Both the position numbers and the translations under genes were made by a program. Below the pieces are notes generated by a model. The model was not told the origin of the DNA. It saw only the letters and a program-made list of their open reading frames with translations, and made no database searches. A stretch of 59,684 nt of DNA from Pontixanthobacter sp. GTDB taxonomy: Bacteria > Pseudomonadota > Alphaproteobacteria > Sphingomonadales > Sphingomonadaceae. The stretch lies in the NCBI GenBank assembly GCA_049650705.1, contig JBASAR010000035.1, positions 1-59,684 on the forward strand. Direction: 5' to 3'. Shown piece after piece: positions 54,367 through 59,684 of this stretch. Numbering within the stretch: position 1 is the stretch's first letter; the number at the start of each line of letters is the position of its first letter.

Positions 54367-56604
54367 ATGAAGCGATGGTTGGTGGGTTCGGGTTTGGGGG
54401 TGGTGGGCCTCGTTGCCCTTGCGTTGATCGCCCTGATGACCTGGGAACCGCTTTTCGCCGAGCGCGGGCGTGCCTCCGCCGATCCCGCACCGCGTCTTTA
54501 CACCGCCGAGATCGTGCGAAGCGAGTTCGGCGTACCGCATATCTATGGACGCACCGATGCGGATGTCGCTTACGGTGTGGCCGTGGCCCATGCGCAGGAC
54601 GATTTCTTCACGCTACAGGACGTCATCGCTATGGCGCGCGGACGCTATGGCGCGATCGCAGGCGAAGAAGGCGCGCAGGTCGATTTTGCATACCATCTAA
54701 TCGATGCGCGCGGCACGGCGGAACGGCATTACGGATCGCTACCGGGCGATACGCGCGCATTGTTCGAAGCCTATGCCACCGGCCTCAACGAATATGCCGC
54801 GGCGCATCCTGGCGAGATCAAACTGGCGCGGTTGTTTCCGGTGAACGGAGAGGACGTGGCGACCGGTTTCGCATTGCGGCAACCGTTTTTCTTCGGGCTT
54901 GGCAACATCATCGGGGATCTGGTCGCAGGCGAAGGGTTACGGCCGGAATTCGGACCGGCTATCAACGGCCCCGAACCTTTGACGAACGCACCGCGCATGA
55001 TGGAGGATACGGCACAGGTCGGCCGGACGTCGGCCCTGCCCCTGCATATGGGCATCGACGGCGCGCTGGCCGGCAGCAATGCCTGGGCCATCGCGCCGGA
55101 CAAATCGGGCGACGGCGTAACCCGCGTGGTGTCCAACGCGCACCAGCCGTGGCACGGCGGCGTTGCCTGGTACGAGTTGGTCGTCGAAAGCGGCGAAGGC
55201 TGGCATTTTGCCGGTGCCAATTTCCCCGGAAGCCCGTTCCCCTTCCTCGGCCATAACGAACATCTGGGGTGGACCAATACGGTCAACCGGCCCGACATGA
55301 CCGATGTTTACCGGCTGGAGCTCGATGACAGCGGCACGCAATACCGCCTCGATGGCGAATGGCGCGATCTGGAAAGCGAGACGGTGACGCTTCCCGTACG
55401 CATGGGGCCGGTCGTGCTGCCGATCCGCCGCATCATCCATCGCAGCGTTCACGGGCCGGTCGTCGTAAACGATGATGGAGCCTTCGCCATCCGGTATGGC
55501 GGGATCGACAATCTGGGTCAGCTCGATGCCTATTACCGGCTGAACAAAGCGACCAACTTCGCCGATTGGCAGCGCATTCTCGCGCGGATGGACATTCCGT
55601 CCACCAATTTCATCTATGGCGACCGGGCGGGCAATATCGCGATGATCTACAACGCGGCGATCCCCGACCGGGCGGAGGGGCCGGACTGGCGCAGCATTCT
55701 TCCCGGCGACCGCAGCGATCTGATCTGGTGGGATACGGTCGATTTTGCCGCCATTCCCAAAATCATCAATCCGGCCAGCGGCTGGGTCTACAACGCCAAC
55801 AACACGCCGTTCTCCGCCACCGGACCGGCCGACAATATCGACCCCGCCAGTCTACCGGCGCGCATGGGCGTGGAATTGAAGGAAACCAACCGTTCGCGCC
55901 GTACCGAGCAGCTGATGGCGCAATATGACACGATCGACCGCAAGACGCTGGAAAGCATCAAATACGATACCGGCTATCTGCGCAAAGGCTATGTCGCAGA
56001 CATGCTGGACAGCGTCGCCGCGCTCGATCTGGACGACCGCCGGCTGCGGCAAGCGCAGCGGCTTCTGGCAAGCTGGGACTTGACCGCCGACAGCATCGGC
56101 GCGGGCGATGCCATCGCGCTGCTCATGATACGCCCTTGGATGAGCGCGGAATATCAGAACCAGAAAACGCCCGACGCGCGCGAGGAGCTCGTCAAGGCCG
56201 CCGAACACCTCGTCACCCATTTTGGCACCCTGACCCCGCCCATGTCCGACCTGTTGCGATTGCGGCAGGGGCCGGGGCGGGCGGGCCAACCCCTCGCCGT
56301 CGATCTGCCCCTTGACGGGGGCAGCGATACGTTACGCGCATCCACCCTATGGGATGTCGACGATGACGGGCGACTATCGGTACGACACGGCGACAGTTTC
56401 ATCATGTTCATGGAATGGGAACCGGGGCGGCGGGTGCGATCGCAATCGATCCAGCCCTTCGGTTCGGCGACGACCCGGCCGGGCAGCGTGCATTTCGCCG
56501 ATCAATCGGCGCTGTTCGTCCGACATGAATTGAAACCGGTGCATTTCTGGCGCGACGAGGTCATGACCAACGCGCGCTCTCGCCAAATCGTCTCAAACCG
56601 CTAA
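54367..56604 (+). CDS. Penicillin acylase family Ntn-hydrolase (S45)
   Basis: FGVPHIYG, AHAQD, beta-subunit start G|SNAWAIAP, NAHQPW, GWTNTVN, YNANN, HFADQ. Confidence 0.9.
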   Translation: MKRWLVGSGLGVVGLVALALIALMTWEPLFAERGRASADPAPRLYTAEIVRSEFGVPHIYGRTDADVAYGVAVAHAQDDFFTLQDVIAMARGRYGAIAGEEGAQVDFAYHLIDARGTAERHYGSLPGDTRALFEAYATGLNEYAAAHPGEIKLARLFPVNGEDVATGFALRQPFFFGLGNIIGDLVAGEGLRPEFGPAINGPEPLTNAPRMMEDTAQVGRTSALPLHMGIDGALAGSNAWAIAPDKSGDGVTRVVSNAHQPWHGGVAWYELVVESGEGWHFAGANFPGSPFPFLGHNEHLGWTNTVNRPDMTDVYRLELDDSGTQYRLDGEWRDLESETVTLPVRMGPVVLPIRRIIHRSVHGPVVVNDDGAFAIRYGGIDNLGQLDAYYRLNKATNFADWQRILARMDIPSTNFIYGDRAGNIAMIYNAAIPDRAEGPDWRSILPGDRSDLIWWDTVDFAAIPKIINPASGWVYNANNTPFSATGPADNIDPASLPARMGVELKETNRSRRTEQLMAQYDTIDRKTLESIKYDTGYLRKGYVADMLDSVAALDLDDRRLRQAQRLLASWDLTADSIGAGDAIALLMIRPWMSAEYQNQKTPDAREELVKAAEHLVTHFGTLTPPMSDLLRLRQGPGRAGQPLAVDLPLDGGSDTLRASTLWDVDDDGRLSVRHGDSFIMFMEWEPGRRVRSQSIQPFGSATTRPGSVHFADQSALFVRHELKPVHFWRDEVMTNARSRQIVSNR

Positions 56605-56641
56605 AAGCATACCATTGCAGTTATAAAACGGGGAAGTTTCC

Positions 56642-59530
56642 ATGCGTATCACACCTGCCATTCGCTTCGCATCCGCCAGCGTCATCGCGATGTCGCTCGC
56701 CGCGTGTCAGACCACCGGGACGCAGCCGATGGCGCGTTCCGCCGGAATGGCCAGCGCGACCGACGACATGACAGTGATGATGGACGAACCCGTTCCCGTC
56801 GCCGAACTCGTCAGCAAGGTGGACATCCCCTACGAACAGTTTCAGCTGGAAAACGGACTGGACGTCATCGTCCACACCGATCGCAAGGCACCGATCGTAG
56901 GCGTGGCGGTATGGTATAATGTCGGCAGCAAGGACGAACCCGAGGGGCAGTCCGGCTTCGCCCATCTGTTCGAACATCTGATGTTCAACGGCAGCGAGAA
57001 TGCGCCCAACGACTATTTCCAGTATCTTCAGGAAATGGGTGCCACGGATTACAACGGCACAACCAATTTCGACCGCACCAATTATTTTCAAACCGTCCCA
57101 CGCGGCGCGCTGGAACGGGCCTTGTGGTTGGAAAGCGACCGTATGGGCTATCTGCTGGGCGCGGTGACGCAGGGCAAGCTCGATAATCAGCGCGGCGTGG
57201 TGCAGAACGAAAAACGCCAGGGCGACAATCAGCCTGGCGGTCTGGTGTTCTACGAAATCGTGAACACCCTCTATCCCGATGGCCACCCCTACGACCACAC
57301 GCCCATCGGCTCGATGGCCGATCTGGACGCCGCATCGATGGAAGACGTGCGCAACTGGTTCCGCGACAAATATGGGCCGAACAACGCGACGCTGGTGCTT
57401 GCGGGCGACATTTCGCCTGCCGAAGCGCGCCCGATGGTGGAAAAATACTTCGGTGCGATCGCTCGCGGGCCGGTCAACGATCCGGCGATGGCTCCGGTCA
57501 CGCAGCTGACGCAGGACGTGCGCACGGTGATGAAGGATCAGGTCGCTGCGACCGATATCAGCAAATACTGGTCCGTCCCCGGTATTCTGGACGAAGAATT
57601 GACTGCGTTGACCGTGGGCGCGGAGATTCTGGGCGGCCTGTCCTCCAGCCGCCTCGATCAGGCGCTGGTTCGCGATGAAAAGCTGGCGGTCGGCGTCAGC
57701 GGCGGGAACTACGCGTTCCAGCGGGTCGGCATCCTGAACGTCGGCGCAACCGCGCGCCCCGATGTCGATGCGGCGACGGTCGAACAGCGTCTCAACGAAT
57801 TGATCGCGGATTTCATTCGCACCGGCCCGACGGAAGACGAGGTGCGGCGCGCTGCGACCAGCACCGTTGCGCAGACCATCCGCGGGTTGGAACAGGTCGG
57901 CGGGTTCGGCGGCAAGGCCGTGACCTTGGCCGAAGGGGAAGTGTTCACCGGCAATCCCGATTTCTACGCCAAGCAGCTGGAGATTTTGGCCCGGCTGACT
58001 CCGGCCGATGTGCAGTCGGCCATGCAACGCTGGATGACGAAACCGTCGATGACACTGGTGCTGGAACCCGGCGAGCGTGATGCGTCCTATCAGGAAGCGG
58101 CCTCCGTTGCCGCGGCGGCGCCGGCCGATGCATCGACCGCGCCCGATACTGTCACCGTCACACGGGAACGCCCCGCCCCGCCCATTGCAGCGAGCATGTC
58201 GCTGGACTTCCCCGATGTCGAGCACGCTCTGCTCGCGAACGGCATGACGGTCCACTATGCGCAGCGCGACGCGGTACCCGCGACGCGCGTCGCATTGTCC
58301 TTCAACGCCGGTTCGTCCGCCGACCCCATAACCAAGCGAGGACTTGAAAGCATGGCCCTGACCCTGTTCGACGAAGGCACGACCTCGCTTTCCTCGCAGG
58401 AAATCGCCGAAGCACGCGAACGACTGGGTGCGGTTATCAGCACCGGCGGCGGTATCGACCGTTCGACGTTCACCCTCACCGCGCTGACGCCCAACCTCAA
58501 ACCATCTCTCGACCTGATGGCCGATATCGTGCGCAATCCGGCCTTCGCCCCGGCGGAAGTGGAACGCGTACGGTCGCAACTGGTCACCGGCGTGCAGCAG
58601 GGTGACAAGACACCCGCGGTGATCGCATCGCGCACGTTGACGCCCATTATCTACGGCGCCGCCTCGCCCTATGGCGACACGGGTAGCGGTACGGTGGAGA
58701 CCCTGAACGGCATCACTCGAACCGATTTGGTCGATTTCAAACAGCGGTGGATCCGTCCGGACAATGGCGAAGTGTTCGTCGTATCGGATCGTCCGCTATC
58801 CGAAATCCTACCGGTGCTGAACGCATCGCTGGGCGATTGGACCGCTCCCGCCGTGGCGAAGGGTGTGAAGAATTTCGGCAATCTGCCCACCCCGCCGGAG
58901 GCAAGCCGCGTCATCCTCGTCGACCGGCCGAATTCGCCGCAATCCTATATCCTTGGCGGTGTCCTTACTCCCGCGCGGGGACAGGACGATGCGATCATCG
59001 ATTTCACCAATGCGAACAACGCGTTGGGCGGCAATTTCCTCGCCCGGCTGAACATGAACCTGCGTGAGACGAAGGGCTGGAGCTACGGTGTGCGCGGTGG
59101 TCCCTCGATAAACGAGAATGCGGTCGCCTATCAAATTGCGGCCCCCGTCCAGGCGGACCGAACCGGCGATGCGCTGGCGGAACTGATCCGCGAAACTTCC
59201 GACTTCCTTGATGGAAATGGCGTGTCGCAGGATGAATTGACCCGCATCGTCACTGCGGAAATCGGCGAATTGCCCGGGCAGTTCGAAACTTCCGGCGCGG
59301 TTCTGTCCGCGATGCAGTCCAACGCATTGTTCGGTCGCGACGATAATTACTACGAAACGCTGGAAGCACGCTATCGTGCGCAGACCCGCCAGAGCCTGGA
59401 TACTGCCGTGCGCAATGCGGTGGATATCGACCGGTTCGTGTGGGTCGTCGTGGGTGAAGCCGCCAAGATCCGCCCGCAGCTCGACGCGCTGGGCTTGCCC
59501 ATCGAAGTGCGGGAAACATCCGCACAATAA
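56642..59530 (+). CDS. M16 (pitrilysin-family) zinc peptidase, lipoprotein
   Basis: Lipobox LAAC, inverted zinc motif GFAHLFEH, two-half architecture, LRETKGWSYG. Confidence 0.92.
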   Translation: MRITPAIRFASASVIAMSLAACQTTGTQPMARSAGMASATDDMTVMMDEPVPVAELVSKVDIPYEQFQLENGLDVIVHTDRKAPIVGVAVWYNVGSKDEPEGQSGFAHLFEHLMFNGSENAPNDYFQYLQEMGATDYNGTTNFDRTNYFQTVPRGALERALWLESDRMGYLLGAVTQGKLDNQRGVVQNEKRQGDNQPGGLVFYEIVNTLYPDGHPYDHTPIGSMADLDAASMEDVRNWFRDKYGPNNATLVLAGDISPAEARPMVEKYFGAIARGPVNDPAMAPVTQLTQDVRTVMKDQVAATDISKYWSVPGILDEELTALTVGAEILGGLSSSRLDQALVRDEKLAVGVSGGNYAFQRVGILNVGATARPDVDAATVEQRLNELIADFIRTGPTEDEVRRAATSTVAQTIRGLEQVGGFGGKAVTLAEGEVFTGNPDFYAKQLEILARLTPADVQSAMQRWMTKPSMTLVLEPGERDASYQEAASVAAAAPADASTAPDTVTVTRERPAPPIAASMSLDFPDVEHALLANGMTVHYAQRDAVPATRVALSFNAGSSADPITKRGLESMALTLFDEGTTSLSSQEIAEARERLGAVISTGGGIDRSTFTLTALTPNLKPSLDLMADIVRNPAFAPAEVERVRSQLVTGVQQGDKTPAVIASRTLTPIIYGAASPYGDTGSGTVETLNGITRTDLVDFKQRWIRPDNGEVFVVSDRPLSEILPVLNASLGDWTAPAVAKGVKNFGNLPTPPEASRVILVDRPNSPQSYILGGVLTPARGQDDAIIDFTNANNALGGNFLARLNMNLRETKGWSYGVRGGPSINENAVAYQIAAPVQADRTGDALAELIRETSDFLDGNGVSQDELTRIVTAEIGELPGQFETSGAVLSAMQSNALFGRDDNYYETLEARYRAQTRQSLDTAVRNAVDIDRFVWVVVGEAAKIRPQLDALGLPIEVRETSAQ

Positions 59531-59559
59531 TCCGTTCAACCCACCAAAGGAGAATATAT

Positions 59560-59684
59560 ATGTCCGTTGCAGGATCTTACGATTGCGTCACCAAAAGCCC
59601 GATGGGCGATCAGAAAAGCACCTTTACCGTCGTGCCCGGCGATGATGGCAAGACCTTCACCGGTACGAACCAGGGTTCGATGGG
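59560..59684 (+). CDS. Hypothetical protein (3'-truncated)
   Basis: AGGAG SD then MSVAGSYDCVTKSPMGDQKSTFTVVPGDDGKTFTGTNQGSM, open to the window end. Confidence 0.7.
   Translation, partial: MSVAGSYDCVTKSPMGDQKSTFTVVPGDDGKTFTGTNQGSM

Noticed and set aside
56621..58579. 652-aa minus-strand ORF
   Set aside because: Antisense shadow of the M16 peptidase.

Overview
GC-rich alphaproteobacterial chromosomal window. Gene content and order point to Sphingomonadales, probably Erythrobacteraceae. It is mostly core genome: ccmAB, map, M17 aminopeptidase, argC-glnB-glnA, bpt/ate-tamA-tamB, threonine dehydratase, argS-SPOR-nagZ-tatABC, ispH-thrB-rnhA, a Tad/Cpa pilus cluster (cpaABCDE-tadBC, no cpaF or pilin in the window), a MarR/crotonase/SDR/thiolase acyl-CoA module, two tandem TonB-dependent receptors, clpB, an Ntn-hydrolase acylase and an M16 peptidase. 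I found no rRNA, tRNA, CRISPR array, transposase or integrase, and no clearly novel multi-gene system. The most interesting signals are smaller. A conserved upstream element is shared by both TBDR genes, with a related palindrome before a small secreted protein. scpA/scpB are missing from their usual place between nagZ and tatA. A hairpin-dense intergenic segment may be an ncRNA. There is an orphan GT2 + GH24 lysozyme pair, a Cys-flanked DxDxNG motif at one TBDR N-terminus, and readable EcfG, RpoH, NtrC/sigma54, CtrA and MarR sites. All calls come from motif recognition only; no searches were run.
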